62,789 nucleotides of DNA, filler included, from Sluysia triapertura (GCA_046118255.1; 5 parts of 5 records of this genome joined end to end with filler, not necessarily neighbours in it), one strand, 5' to 3'; positions 12,524 through 28,079 are shown, numbered from the whole stretch's first letter. Notes: generated by a model from the sequence alone, not told the origin. Numbers and translations are program-made.

Positions 12524-15500
12524 AGTTTTATAAATAAAATTTTATTTTAGCTTATAATCCGGATATAAAATAAAAATTCAGTAATAAATTGCACTACTAT
12601 TTGTTATTTTATCCTTTAAGATGAAATTTTTAGACATATCTATTCTCTGAACTTTAGAACAAAATTTACATTTGTTTCTCTTGTGTATTATGGTAAGAAT
12701 AGATCATTTTGATATTTGCTAATCGTTTATTGTTTTACCAATATTTGAAATTTTATATCCTTTTATCCATTATTTACAAATTAATAAAGGTGTAATGAAA
12801 ATTCAAAGTTGTACATTGAATAATAAATGTCAGTTTTTATGTTTTAATAAATTTAATAGAAAGACGTTGAATAATTCGAAGTGACCGAAATTAAATAAAA
12901 ATAAGTTTTAATGCAACTAACGTAATGTAAAAAACGAAATTCAGTGTTTAGTGTTGCATTTTATCGTTAAATGTAAGGATTAAAATTTAAAAAACGTTTT
13001 TATGCTTAGGTGCACTTATTCTTATCAAACAAAAATATTTAAACTAAATGAGTTTAGTTTATAACATTACTAAAATATTTTAGATTTATCTGAAATTGTT
13101 TATGTTTAGTTATTCAATTCGCTACATGTGAAAACATTTATTGGTACTGTTCTTTTTGCAAATTAAATGTATAATCTCATACTTAAAATAATTGTTTTTG
13201 TTTTACATCAAAGCCAGGCGCAAATATTCGTAATTATTCCATCGTTGATAATCTTATTAAGAGATTACGAATTTTTAATAATCTAGTGTTGGTAAGATTT
13301 AACAAAATATAAATTATCAAAATCAATTGTATAAGTTTCTCGATAGTCTGTATTTCCGACTACAATTAATTGATCCGACATTTCTGTTTGTAACTGCATA
13401 ATTTTTGATACTTGCGTAGTAATATATTATTTATAAATCAATAAAATGTACATCTATAAATCTATTTTAAAAATTGTATATGCAAGACAAAATAATAGCA
13501 TAATTATATATATTCGATTGTTCTTATCTATCCTAATTAAATATTGTTGCATAGTCAACTTATTTCAAATTAAACAATGTAATAACAATTTGACAAAATT
13601 AAATGAGATAAATACCATAATTTGAGATACTCGATTTACTAAAGAACTATGCAATTTGCGTTTAGTGTTGAAAGGCACGTTGTATTGTAAAAATAATGAT
13701 AGTACGACTGTTAATGATAGTTCTTTAGATTTGGTTACGAATTGTTAAGCATGTAGATTCTGTAAGCATGTATGTTATTGTGATTTGAGTGCAGATGAGT
13801 GTAAAAATAAAGGTGCGTGATTGAATGTATATTGTTGGTGTTTGTATTATTGTAAATTGATGGTTTTGGGGGTTGTGACTCACTACTACTTACGTGTTAA
13901 CATTAGCAATCTTGCGATTTAAATTAAAGTGCAAGGAAGTATTTTAATTAAATCTAAGTGTTGACAGAATTATTTATCACAGAATAATCGAATAAATTAG
14001 AAACATATATCAAGTTGTAATTCAATTTATAATTAATTTGTTTTAGGAGATTTAAACGTATGCTTTTCCTTTCTGTGGATATTATTAATATTAGGAGTCA
14101 TATTTCTAATATGCCCCTGAACTTAGTATAGAAGTGAAAAATATAATAACAGAAATAAGTATGAAGATTGATTAGACATAGAATTATGGATTCAATAAAA
14201 ACAGTAAAATATATGAGCTATAGTAAACAATAGTTCAATCCACACTTATTTTATTTTTAAGTTAAATGATACTTTGCATTTAGTAAAAATTTACAACAAT
14301 TGATCAGTCGTTACCTTTTGTTTCTTTAATTAAATAATGCTTATAAACCTCTAACCAGATAATAACTCCAACTTATAAACAAAATTGAGTGAGAAATGCA
14401 ATTTTCACGTCTTTACATACTTATTTTTATCTGTCTTCATGTTGTTTGGTTTGACTGGTTTATAAGTTTTCCGTAGGATCTAATTGCATATTAATTTATT
14501 AACACATCGTAGGAAAAAAAAGTAGGAAAAGATCAGTAATTCTCATTGAGCGAAAAATACCAAATTTTTAATCAGAATTTACCAACACAATAATTACTAT
14601 TAACTGTTGTCAGTACGATATACCAGGTATAAATCCGATGAAAACAATAATGGTAATACCTAAAATAAAAAATGATAATTACTTGGATTCCATATAGTGT
14701 GGAGAAGTTTTACTTAGAATAAAAGCGAAAACTTATTGTAAGTTCACCAACCTACTGGGCTTACCAGCTAGGGCCAGACGTTGGATTTTTTGATAAGTTA
14801 AAAGAAAGTCTTAAAAGATGTAATGTGTATTAAAAAACACTTAGTTGTCTGGAGGCAATTAAATTTTAGAAGAATTTAATAATGTAAATAATATAATCTT
14901 TTACTCGTAAAATGAAAATATTAAATTTTTGTATAAATTATAAATATTAAAATTTTATTAAAAAATATTGATTTTATTTAATTTGTAAATAATATAATCT
15001 TTTACTTGAAAATATTAAGTTTTTTGTATAAATTATAAATATTAAAATTTTATTAAAAAAATATTAATTCTATTTAATTAATTATAAAATTGTAAAAAGG
15101 AAATAAAATGAATAAATATTTATTATGTACATAAAACAAATGATTATATTTATCTTTATTTATAATTATTACAAAGGATATTATGATTAAATTTTTAATT
15201 GTTTATTCAAAAAAATCGTAACTAAATGGATATTTATATTATAACTAAATATTCAATTATCAAAGTATAAAACTAGAAAAAGGTATATAAGGTTCAATAT
15301 AAATTAAGTCATTTTAGAATTTATAAAAACGACAAGAGTAAAAAGTCAAGCTACGAGAATTTCTAAAGTTTGGTAATATTCGATCTACAATTTTGGGATA
15401 TTCGATCCATAATCTTGGTATACATATTTTAGGGTACATATTAAAAAGATAAAGAATACAGTTGGTGCATAAAATAACTAGCATTTTTGACCTTCAGTTA

Positions 15501-15613
15501 TTATTTGAAAAAACCTACGTGAACGTCCTTATAGGTAAGATAAATCGTTTAGCGTAGGCGGACCCAGCTCTACATATATTTTTATAATTGTTCGAGTAGT
15601 AAGAAAACCCAAC

Positions 15614-15647
<34 letters not shown>

Positions 15648-17590
15648 CACAATACTTAAAACATCTAAGATTAAGATACTTACATTTCCAGACACACTTA
15701 TAACTTATAAAATAGCCATTGTGATTTCTTTATTGCTTTTAAACTATCAAAAACTTTTATAAAACTACAGGAAAGAATATGACGGCCAATTATTAAGCAT
15801 TGTTTTATTTTAAGAATAAAGATAAATCCATTGTATTATGTATTGTGTTACATTTAGCTTTAATTTTCTACTATTCTTATACTATTCTACTTCTTATACT
15901 ACCATATATCATATTTATTCCAAATTCTTTTTGAAATTACTGCATTTATTTCATTAAGATTTAATAAAAATTATTTTAGTTTTTTAGATTGATATTCATC
16001 GATAAATATTACATTTTCTTCAACTAAACGTTTGATAATTAATACTATTAATTTATTAAATTAAAAGTTATTCTTAATTAAATATTATTTATTAAATCTA
16101 TATATTTGATACCTCAAATATTCTTTTTACTTCGGATATACCACTTTTAGTACGATACTTAAACATTCATTGTTTTTTATAAATATTTGTCAAAAATAAA
16201 TCGATATATATAACATTGTTTATAATGTACATACTAATATTTATTTTTTCATTTTACTATCTATTGTTTTTTTAAAGATTATTTTAGTCCAAATGCTAAT
16301 GTACGCACACACACACACGAACGCAGAGAAAGTCTAATTCAACATGACATTTTAAATAAATGTCAAATATGATATTAAAAGTCATTAAAGTTCAAAAATA
16401 ATTTAATTTTAAAAAATTTAACATATAATATTTATATTGTGAATAAAATTATCTCAGTCGAAAATTGAAGTAGTATAGAATTTTAGTAAAGTAGAAATGA
16501 AGAAAATGAATAATGTGGAAAAAAATTAAATGATATACAGATAATGGAAGATATAAATAAAGAATAAATGGTTAAAGAATGGAAGGTATCATATTATAAT
16601 ACAATAGAGTAGAAACTACTGTAACAAGAAGGAAGACAACACTAGTAAATAATGTATTCAATTTTAAAGACAGTTTAATTCTGATTTAACGATACTTTAG
16701 GATGAAAAAGGTAAAATGAAGGAATGAATGTTTTCGCATTGGTTTTGATGGTTTAAATATGATATTAAGTAAATTAATTTTAAATTTTTGATTAATTTAG
16801 TTAACTTTGTGAAGTTAAAAATTTATTAAAATTAAATATTGTTTAGATTAAGAAAGACTTCACATTTTTTATTATTAATACAGTACTCGCAGTGACAACA
16901 CGTTAAGTGATAGGTTATATATCGTTTATGTTTATTACAGAGAATATTATTGCGGTGAATTCAACCACGAAACAAAATTATCATAAAGAAGATTTTAAAT
17001 GAACTTCAACTCAACCTAACGCATTCGTTAAAAATCAACAAATAACATTCAATCAATACAACAACTAACAATTCAAAATAATTTCATAATAATGACTACA
17101 ATACTTTAAAATTCATTTTTATTATTCTCTTATTCTATTCAGTTGATTTTACATTTATCACAGTCACTTAAATCATTAACAGAAGACGAACTCTTATATT
17201 ATATAAAAACTTATTGTAATTTTACACTTATGAATCAGATGTTTTAGTATCTACATATTCAAAAAAATTACAAAATCTATTTTAAAGATATTAAAATCGA
17301 TAATGTTACAAGTGTTTTATGGGTTAACAATAAGAAACAAAGTTAAAAAATAAATTTGGATTAATAAAGTATTGATTAATTATTAATGAATCAAAATAAA
17401 TAACATGAGAAATTTAAAATATGTTTAACAACTACTCTAATAATTTAAGAAAATGTTATTAAAACTAAATGTTAATATACGTACTATAAAGTGAAACTTT
17501 ACATTGAAAAACAACAAACAAAAATGATTTTAGTTTTCATAAATTTTTTCAACTTGGAGTTTATATTTTAATATTTAATTTTAAAATTGT

Positions 17591-17707
17591 TGTTAGACTT
17601 CATAAAATGGATTGACCGGGATTCGAATCTGGACCCTCTTGGTTCACAGATAATCTACCATCCCCGTATAACAATTTTATTTTATAGCCAATCATTATAC
17701 CTCAACA
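17591..17707 (-). mobile_element. Short tRNA-containing element, degenerate copy
   Basis: Starts TGTTAGACTTCATAAAATGGATTGACCGGG, collinear with the other copies, and ends ..CTCAACA. TSD imperfect; internal deletions. Confidence 0.6.
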
Positions 17708-19712
17708 TTAATATTAAATTAATATTAATATATAAATCAAATAAAAATATATGTTATAGAAAGAATTTAAAACTAAAAATGAATTTTATTATAGCTTAGT
17801 TTTATTCTAATTTTTCCAGCAACAACTAAAAAACTGTTATATTTACTCAATAAATATAAATTGACAGAATAAACTGAAGCGATAATACTATAAAATTTAT
17901 CAAATGGTTGATGCGAAATCATCAACATCAATTAAAGGAAATTTCTCTATATTTTAGTACAAATCAGAGTTACATTGTTAATCGCTATATAAATAAATTA
18001 AAAATATACAAAAACATAGAAATTAAGTATAAGAGTGAACCCACCGATTTTATACTGATATTCGTGATTATTTAATTTTCAGTTGTTCATAATAATATCC
18101 TCGGATATCCACATTTACTGCTACTCTTAATTTACACGCAATTATCGGGCCTTTATATTTTTTTTTATATTTATATTTATTTATTACCGTTGATTTTTCA
18201 ACAACTTATCCATAATCTGAACCAGTGATAACGGAGAATACATTCTATTTATTTGTAATCGTAAGTTATATTTTGATAAGATTTGTCCCTTAAATAAATT
18301 AAGAGTTAATATTTTACTTAAATTATCTTAAATTAATTTTAATTAGTATAAAAAACTAGTATTAAAATCACATCAAAATTTCAACTTTATTAAGAGTGAT
18401 CTAATAATAAATTATTAATTATTGCTGTGTATTTATATAACTATCTTTTGTTGTACTTTTTATATAAAGGCTTATTTGTAATAAATTTATTCATTGACTT
18501 TATTTCGTTCTTTATATGTTACATTGATGAAAAGAAATTATTAAGGCTGGCCTCGATTTACAATAAAGAGAGATAATTATTGTGTTAAATTCTCACAATG
18601 TCTTCCCAATGGATTTAAATCGTTGATTGTATGTATACTCAGATAATCTATAATTTTGTTTTCAGTAATTAGAGAAAAACACCAACAATTCTTTTTTACG
18701 TACAACACCGTCATATATAAAATAAAAGACACAAATAGAAAAAAAGTAGAATCAGATAATATTAAGAAACACCGTTGAGCATTGTCAAAAACTGACATTA
18801 AGATAGATTTAGCCATTCAAATACAAAATAATTTAGCCGGTGAATGATATGACTCAAGCAGAGATTAGAAAGCATCATATTGAAAATACAAAAAAATTTA
18901 TCAGTTGTGAAATGTACTAAATTTATCGCTCAGGTACAAAGAGTCATACCTAATGCGTTAAATATAATGCATGTTCCTTTTTAAATAATAAGTTTTGTTC
19001 TTTAGTGTTTATAGTGTGTTTTAATTTATTCCCGTCTTATATATTTTATAACAGTAATTTTAAATTTTATATTTAAATGTTTGTTTGTATATGTTCTACT
19101 TCAAAATTTTTATTACTAAACTGAAATTGTTTAATCCCATTTTGAAGCTGTAAAAGTATGATTAAATTCATTTGCTTTGAATCTTATAATAATATATAAC
19201 TTTGCACAAGTTCTTCAACCTTATTTAAAAATTTGCTACATATTTATCGACAGTAAAACTAGATTATTCAGTTTTTGGACCTAATGATAGTAATAATAAT
19301 AAACTTTCAGTTAATAATTCGTGCCTTTGTTCATATTTTTCGTTTTATAGTAATGCAGATTCAAAGTCGGCACATATAACAAATATTTGTGTTATTCATT
19401 TGCTGTAATCATTAAATTCATTAATAATTATTATTACGTAGCATGGTATATAAATTTGCTTACTACGTAAAGTAATGAGAAATCTTTCCTAATCCTCTTA
19501 AACATTTATACACCACTTAAACCTTAATCTATTATTATGAAACAGTATACCTTTATATTCATACGAAAGACATCCCTACAGGATTTAAAACAAAGTTTTC
19601 TTCTGATAGTTGGGAAGAATCAAGTATGCTTCTGTTGGTTAGTTGACACGATAATTTTAAAATTTTTAGTGCTCCATCCGAGGTCCGCCTCCTAGTTTGC
19701 GCACCTTTGTAG

Positions 19713-19828
19713 TGTTGGGGTAAAAAAGGCCTAAGGTGCAATTTGGTAGCTCAGTGGTAGAGCATTCGAACTGCACAGAGAAGGTCCCGGGTTCGATCTC
19801 CGGTCAGTCCATTTTACGAAGTCTAACA
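19713..19828 (+). mobile_element. Short tRNA-containing element, copy 2 (TSD GTAG, internal deletion)
   Basis: gtag|TGTTGGGG...GTCTAACA|gtag, with A and B boxes intact. Confidence 0.85.
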
Positions 19829-20799
19829 GTAGTGATATATTGTGAGCAGTTTCAATTGCTTCCAAATTTCATGTTAATTGTTCCTTTTGGCAATTTCCTA
19901 TTGTTAGATCCCACCAAAAGTGTTTGCAGGATAGCACTTAAATTTCTGTACTTTACTCCAGAACGTTTGATTTCCATGATTTAAGTTATTACAAAAATTA
20001 CAAATTTCAATAATTGCTAGTTATTTAAATTATTTTATGATTCTATTGTTCATAAACAAATTACTTATTGTCATCATATATTGATAAGTTAGCAATAAAT
20101 TTCAAATGAGACAATCATTTTTGAATAGAGGTAGTATACTAGAGAGCCTTCTCTGTGATCTTTTGTGATAATGTGGTCGCTGCAACAACTTTGACTTTAT
20201 AATTTAAACATTTAAATCTGATTCGTCTATGTATACACTTTTCACTTCTATTTTACATATCACATTTTGTTGCCTTCTTTCTCCTTGTTAATTAAGTCTG
20301 TTGACTAAGTTCAATTCTACATTTTCCCTTTTATTTTTGAATATTCGACCTATCATAAGAAAGCTACAGTTCTCTGAATTATTGTTCCCATTTCATCACA
20401 GTTTTATTTGAATCTCTTGTAATAATACAATGTAAAGAAAAAATTTGAAAAATATATTATCTTAATAAAACCAATCAAATAAAATAAATATCGAAATAGA
20501 TGTCAATTAAGGTAAGACGAAAAATTAAAAATAAATTCAAGTAATTCGTGATTCTACAAATTTAGTACTATCTATTTATGTGCAAGGTGATTAGCTGAGA
20601 TCATTAACTAGAAGAATAGGTTCTATTATTGAGCATCTCTAGAAGAACTCCAACAGTCCAACCAATTCGAATACCGACAATTTCACGGAGTACCTAAATA
20701 ATTTACACAAATAATTTACTGACATAAATATTATAAGTAAACATTTACATTATAAAACCAAATATAAACAATTTACTAAATTAAAGAAAATGATTCTGC

Positions 20800-21425
20800 T
20801 ATTCAAAGACACACTAGTACGAGAAATATAGGCTGTTATGTGGAATCACAAATGAACATGGAAGAAAATATTAATTGTACTGCTAGAAAGTGTATTTATC
20901 AATTAAATAAAATATCAAATATTCGAAAATTTATTGTTAATTAAGTGATAATCAGCAACATAGATTTTAACAATGATTTGTTGTACTCCATTTTATGTAG
21001 AAAAGTGAAAAAATTACAATTAATAATTAATCAAGCAATAAGACTAATTTTCCAAGTTGGAAGAAGATCGCATGTAACAACTTATCTTAAGTAATTACAT
21101 TGGTTGCCAATAAAAGCAAGAATAGAATTCAAAGTCGTGACAATCATTTACATTACAGAAATCCTGAATATCTCGTAGAAATAATAAAACATTTGGAAAC
21201 CAAGATAAACATTTCATTGAGACATGATAGATTGTATACTGTTTATGTTTCAAAAATATTCAATCAATTCAGTTACCAGAAAATGTCAAATTACTGGAAG
21301 ATTATGAAATATTTAAGAAAAAGGCAAAGTTTCAGAAATATTATAGTGATTTATTTTAAGCGCTTTTGAGTACTTACCTTGTAATAAATATGAGCACAAT
21401 ATAAATTAATATATTATTATTAATA
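20800..21425 (+). mobile_element. L2/CR1-type LINE 3' fragment
   Basis: ~21068-21138 reads SHVTTYLK*LHWLPIKARIEFKV (HITPxLxxLHWLPxxxRIxFK motif). Ends in a short ATT repeat. Confidence 0.75.
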
Positions 21426-22786
21426 TCAAAATAAAAGTTTAAAATAAAGTTAAGTAAGGAATAACTAAAAAAACATTCAACCTAAAGAAAATAAATAATA
21501 AAAATAGAATTATAGGAAAAGGTGTGGATTAAAAAACGTTATTCTAATAAAATGAAAATAAAAATAAACACACAATTGCCAAATTGTATGGGCCAAACTA
21601 ATATTATAACAAAAACTTAATCAATATATAGAAATAGTTCATACTTTACTATGGAAATGAACTGCCTATATAAAATATGAATTAATAACTTAGTATTATA
21701 ATTTCAAAAAATTAGTGGTCATAATAAAACAACAGTGAAAAATACCATATAAAGTAAATTCTATGCAGTTAAACACATCCTTGTCATTTTCACGTCTAAG
21801 TACATTCATAAATCTTTGTTAGATTAACCCTTATTTTATCTTGAGACTTGGAAAGAAAATTTTTAATTCAAAGCTTCCAAGCACTTCTATTTCTTAAATC
21901 AGAGACGAGTAAAGTAATAACAGACTGGATAAATAAATTAAAGTTATGGAAAATAAAAGTAGAACTATTTGGATAAAAGTCAAGAATCATTACTGAAGTC
22001 TGCGAATACTTTTGAAGTAGTAAGAGAAGCCCATAAAGGTTTATTACATATTTATAGAAATATTGTACATTATTTCTTTGCGAATTAAGCATTACATTTG
22101 TTATTTGAGTAAAAATAAATGTTGCACTTCCACCTCTACCAAGAGAGACAATTTGTAGTCTAATTTAAGTGACAAAAGATAAACAAAACCAACTCACATT
22201 TCCTACGACAATAAATTACTAAAGCATTGAATAAATAAAATAGTTTTTAATAACATTGACGCAGTACTTGCTTAATCAAACAAATTTAACTCCTAGAAAC
22301 ATTTTATCGACTACCAAATTATGGTGCTTCATATTCTGACATAGAACTCAACAAATCAATCTATATCTTCATGTATTTCTAACAGCAATTTGTACAATTA
22401 CCTTACATCTTAAGTTTACGTATGCTACATTTAGCTTCACAAACTGAGCCCCAGAATTTCTAATTACTACCTTTAGGTAGCAGCACTATATCTGGGTCAA
22501 TATTATGCTTCGTATACAATGTATCAAGACTTTCAGTTCGAGCTTTGTTATCTAGGATAAACTGTATATTCAATATATATATAAATAATTAACGCATAGT
22601 TCACAGATAACTATATTAGACCTATACGCAATAGGCCACATTGTGCTCATTGCTTTTTATAATTTTATTAGCATTAATATCTACTATAAAATAAATTACT
22701 CTTAATATTTTAAATAAATTTCTATTAAATAAGGTAGGTGATAGGTTGTATACAGTTTGTTTCAAACATATACAACCAGTTACCAG

Positions 22787-22897
22787 ATAATGTCAAATTG
22801 CTGGAAGATTATGAAATACTTAAGAAAAAAACAAAGTTCTTTCTGTTTCAGAAATATTATAGTGAATGATTTATTTTAAGCACTTTTGAATACTTAC

Positions 22898-22970
<73 letters not shown>
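22787..22970 (+). mobile_element. Second copy of the same LINE 3' end with an (ATT)n tail
   Basis: Closely similar to ~21270-21378 (cagttaccaga..aatgtcaaatt..ggaagattatgaaata..gaaatattatagtga), followed by a long (ATT)n run into the gap. Confidence 0.75.
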
Positions 22971-23070
22971 NNNNNNNNNNNNNNNNNNNNNNNNNNNNNN
23001 NNNNNNNNNNNNNNTTAATTAATTAANNNNNNNNNNNNNNNNNNNNNNNNNNNNNNNNNNNNNNNNNNNN

Positions 23071-23135
<65 letters not shown>

Positions 23136-23147
23136 ATAATAATAATA
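23071..23147. repeat. (AAT)n microsatellite
   Basis: Direct reading. Similar tracts at ~15615-15647, 23981-24038, 25519-25582 and 35723-35770. Confidence 0.95.
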
Positions 23148-23978
23148 CCAATTTGTTCAAAATAAGCTTTTATTTTTAGTATTAGCTAATAATTATAGAA
23201 ACACATAAAATTACATATAATTAAAATATATTTTTAGAACTAATTTAACATGTTAAATCGATTAATCAATGTTAGTACATAATTTAGATAGTAATTTAGT
23301 TAGACTTGATTTAGTTAATTGACAAAATATTATATCAACATAATGTTATTTAAATTTTACACTTGCCTAAAAATTATAATTCAAAAAAATCATCAATTAT
23401 CAAAAATAGGTATCACTTTAATTTTATTGAAATTTTGAGTATGCATTAATTAAATAAATACAAAGTTTTTAAAAAACTTTACGTGGATTTTATTTAATTT
23501 TTTAAATTAATTCTATAATAGTATAAACTAACGAATGATCAGCGACAAATTTATATCAACAAGAACTTTCAGTATATGGTTTTTGCAACTTTTATTAAAT
23601 GATTCCGATTTAACTGACGTTCCGATTTAAGAACGTAATGGCAATTGTATTGATAATTAAAACATATAAAATTTCGTATAAAAATAATCTTCTCTGTGAA
23701 TTAACTGACTTTAACAATATTTAAAAATGGTTTCAAATGATTAAAATTGTTGAATTTGAGTTGATTATTTATATTTTTTTCTTAAGTTTGACCTGAATTG
23801 CTTATGATTCATTACTAATACTTTTATGATTAACAATTCTAAAGTACTTTTTACAATAATTTTTTCAATGATTAATATTTTTTATTAATATAATTTAAAA
23901 ATAATTTCAACAGCTAATAATACATTTTTAGTATGATATTAATAATATTAATAATTTTAATAAGTAAAATAATAATTA

Positions 23979-24041
<63 letters not shown>

Positions 24042-25517
24042 GTAACACCTATTTAAATTAACTATTAAATTTTACATTTAACATTTTCTTTTACAACTTT
24101 ATTTTACCTTTACAATAGTATTCTAAATCATGTTTTTAAGATAATTTTAATCGGATATTATGTTCATATTATTGTTATTGATTCTTAATTTAAAATTATT
24201 TGTTCACTATAATAATGTGGATATTTTTCGCTACTTTTTGCTTTCTTACTCACTAAAGGGACATCGCGTAGATTGGCAGCGTCAAAAGAAAATAATATGG
24301 ATAATTGGAGGTAAAGAATGTTAACTAGTCTATCGTTTTTGTGCAATAAATTTTGATTGAAAACGATCTACTAATTATCATTGGAATAGATTTTTAATAA
24401 TTTTATGACTATTAACTTACTACAATTTCTTTTTTGTTAATGTTTAATTCAATCGAACAAAAAAATTGGCAAACAAAAATTTATCCAATAATAATAAATA
24501 TTATTAATTACACTTTTGTAACGATCAAAATAAAAACTATTATATAACAAAATTATTCGATATACTTTACAAAAGAAAAATGTTCGATCAATATTCAGGT
24601 TAATAATACAAGAAAAATGTTATTAATATTAATTTTTTTAATTAATATTCAAATGTAGTATTTTAACTGATAATTTATGTAATGAATAAATTTTATTAAA
24701 TACAAAAATGATTAAAATATGTTGATTTTATTATTTTATCAAATAATATATATTAGTATGTGAAACTAACGATAAAATAAATAGTCAATCAGCCAATACA
24801 ATGATTCTAATGAAAATTAATTTCTTGATCATGAACAAATAATGATCCCAGTAAAAATTAATGTTTAAACAGTCCAAATAATTTAACAATAATTATCAAT
24901 TCTGAATTCTTTGTCAACAGCTATTTATAGTAAATTTGTAAAGTTTAAACAAATGATTAAACAATTAAACAAATGGTTTTAATAAACAATTTAGTAATTT
25001 CAACAATTTTTAGAATAATTTAATATTTCGATTTTCTAATAATTTCTATAATTTCAATTTTTATAATAATTTCGATATTTTTCAATAACATTAAATATTA
25101 TTAATTTCGATATTTTTATTATTTTTTTAATAAATATTACATATTCGATATTATTAAATCAATATTAATATTACATGCAATTTACAATAAAACTATTAAT
25201 TTATAAAATTTACAATTACAAACAACTATAACAATAGTAAAGTTTGATGCTTATAAATTTTAATTTCAGATTGTCTTTATAGAATCTTATTTAGGATGAT
25301 TTGAGATTGTTATTTGTTACTAAAGTCTAAATTTATATTCATTTAAGTTAAGTTAATATAATAGTATTATAATTTCAGTGATAATGATTTTAATTCTAAT
25401 TTTGAAATTAAAATAAATAATTAAAAATGAATAAAAATTTGAAAATTTAAATAAATGAACATTTTATTTAAATTAAGAATTTAAAAATTTGAAGAGTAAA
25501 TGAACACTATGCTACGA

Positions 25518-25573
<56 letters not shown>

Positions 25574-26099
25574 ATTATTATTACCACTACTATTAAATTA
25601 ATTCAAGCTGATTTTTCAAATTAAACTGCATAAATTAACATAATTATTGACCATTAAGTTTATTGTTTCCATTATTAAAAATTAATTCTTTATAAAATGT
25701 TTCTTTGCTTTTTTTTCTTGATGTAAATTAATATTTTTACTTTTGGTTTTTTGTTATTTCAAAAATTCATTTGAATAATTTTATTGCAGTACATATTGAT
25801 CGAAAATAAATGATGTTAGGAAGTCATATTATTGTTGGATCCAAATTTAATTTTGAATCATTTCTACATATGTTGTGTAATTTCAAAAATGCTTTATTAT
25901 TTTTATAAAATAAGTCTTGCTAAAATTATTGAATTTATAATGTTTTCTTGGTACCGAAAAGCTTGAGAAATCTTGCTTTATCTTAATTGAATATCTAATA
26001 TAAAATTCTTTTATTTGATATTTGAGTCCGTGATTCAGCATTATATTAATCCTACCAACTAAGTACCGTTACATTTTATCAATTAATTCATCAATTTAT

Positions 26100-27454
26100 A
26101 GTTTCTTTTAATATCCTTAATATCCCGAAAAAGTAATCGGGACATAATTTTAAGAGCCTTGTAATATTAATTATAGCTATAATTCTTTATTAATATTTAA
26201 TTAACTATTTAATGTTATTTGAAAGATATTTCGTTTATAAGTTTTTATTGTATTTACATTTGTCATTATATATATATATTTACCTATAAATCAGTTTTAT
26301 GTAATGAAAACTTAAAAATTAATATGAATTGAAATTAAAAAATTAACATAAAGCTCGAATGATGTAAAACTCATAAATCTCCATTAATTTAAGTAAAATT
26401 TTTCTCTAACATAAGACATAACAAACCTCTAGAGTATTATCTTCATTTATTATGTGGAATAATGGATTAAATTGCATGGATTCCAATTATATTCATTGTA
26501 ATAAAATTTAAATGTAAGATTTTTTTAAATTCTCTTTTTTACTTTTATTAGCTTAAGAAAATTAAAAAATTTTTTTCTTTATAGTAAACTTTGAGATACG
26601 GTTGTAAATTACATCGAGGGTATCTTTTTATTCAAAGTAATGCAAATGCCCCAGGAGACAAGTTTTGGAACAGCAATTGGTTTTGTATCTTCTACAGAAT
26701 TAATTCTTTTAGACTTCAACATATCAGTACTATGTTTGGCCTTTAAATGTGTATGGAGTCTGCTAGTAGATCCTCAATTATTCTTAATTATTCTTGAGCA
26801 TTTTATACATTGTGTTTCCATATTCTTTTCATCAAATAAGTAGTGCTTCCAAACAGAAGTAGCATCATTCAATTTTATGTTCTTTGAAGTTATTCTTATT
26901 CATTTAAGGGGGATAAATATTTTTTTATATATGTACAGGTTCAATCCCTACAGAGGACGTTTTTTCATTTTTTAATAGAAAAGTAAATCTAACGATGATC
27001 GTATTGAAGTCTTAAAAAATAAAAAACTATATAAATAAACTTTATCAAAAAGATTAAAAGAATCATCAATGTTCCATTATTAATATTAAAACAAATATGA
27101 GATTAAAAGTATATAATGATAGTATTGTATAGACGAGTTTTAGTATGGAATGTTCAAATAAGTTTTTTATGATTATATTTTTATTTTGTCAAATATATAT
27201 TTTGTCGTCCTAACAATTTTTTTGCACAGATAAAAATATCTAACAGTGAAATTGAAATATATTGCCGATATTAGATCATCGTAAACATTCATAGGATATT
27301 TCTTCCTTCTTGATCACGCGAAATGTTTCACACAATTTAACTAAAATCTCCATAAAAATTTTCTGCTGATACCGAAAAACCAGTATTTTAAAGCTGCGAA
27401 TACCGGTATTACGAAATCGAAAAAAGGTCCGGTATCCCGGTATTGGAAACACTA
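26100..27454 (-). mobile_element. hAT transposon remnant with BED zinc finger
   Basis: Minus frame ~26725-26865 reads SVWKHYLFDEKNMETQCIKCSRIIKNN*GSTSRLHTHLKAKH (BED finger). Terminus TAGTGTTTCCAATACCGGGATACCGG with ATACCGG subterminal repeats ends at 27454. Left boundary approximate. Confidence 0.7.
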
Positions 27455-28079
27455 GTTGTAATATTTTACTTAAACTGTCTAAGTATTATGAATTTTGAAC
27501 TTCAGGAAATGATAAATGATCTGCATTTTATATGAATTTATAATTAATCTCTAAAATGTAGACGTGAGTTTGAACTCGTCTTTGATTTTAAAATTAAAAT
27601 AAGTCAAAATTTAAATTCACTTAGCTTAAGGACAAATCAAACACTAACATACTGAGATATATCTTAACCAAATATTTATATATAAATATACTTTTTAATA
27701 CAGGGTCCACGCATAATTTTCATAAAATATTATTGAAGATGAATAGAAACTTTTATTTATCTAGAATATTTTTATGACTTCACAAAAATATAACACTAAA
27801 TATTTCGCGGCTCATATATATCGGTGTTAACTATCTAATGAAATCATTCGAATGAGAGTTATCTTAGTTTTGATATAAGAATGAAAATGAAAATTATTAA
27901 TTACAGTATTAATTATTCGATTTTTCACATATAAATGATGTGCGTATTATGCATCAATATAATTTTTATTTAAATTTTTAATGAAATATAACAATAATTA
28001 TAATTAATTTGTCACTAATTCTTAATAAAATTATTGTTAAGATAAATCAAGAATGTTTATTTAAAAAGTTTATTCAAAT

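Noticed and set aside
18540-18960. Exon-like segments around a 37-nt GT..AG intron
   Set aside because: No frame stays open across the junction and no protein is recognisable.
19747-19811. Functional tRNA gene (Cys or Ala)
   Set aside because: The 5' acceptor strand is deleted and the anticodon arm is unpaired; it is part of a repeated element with TSDs.
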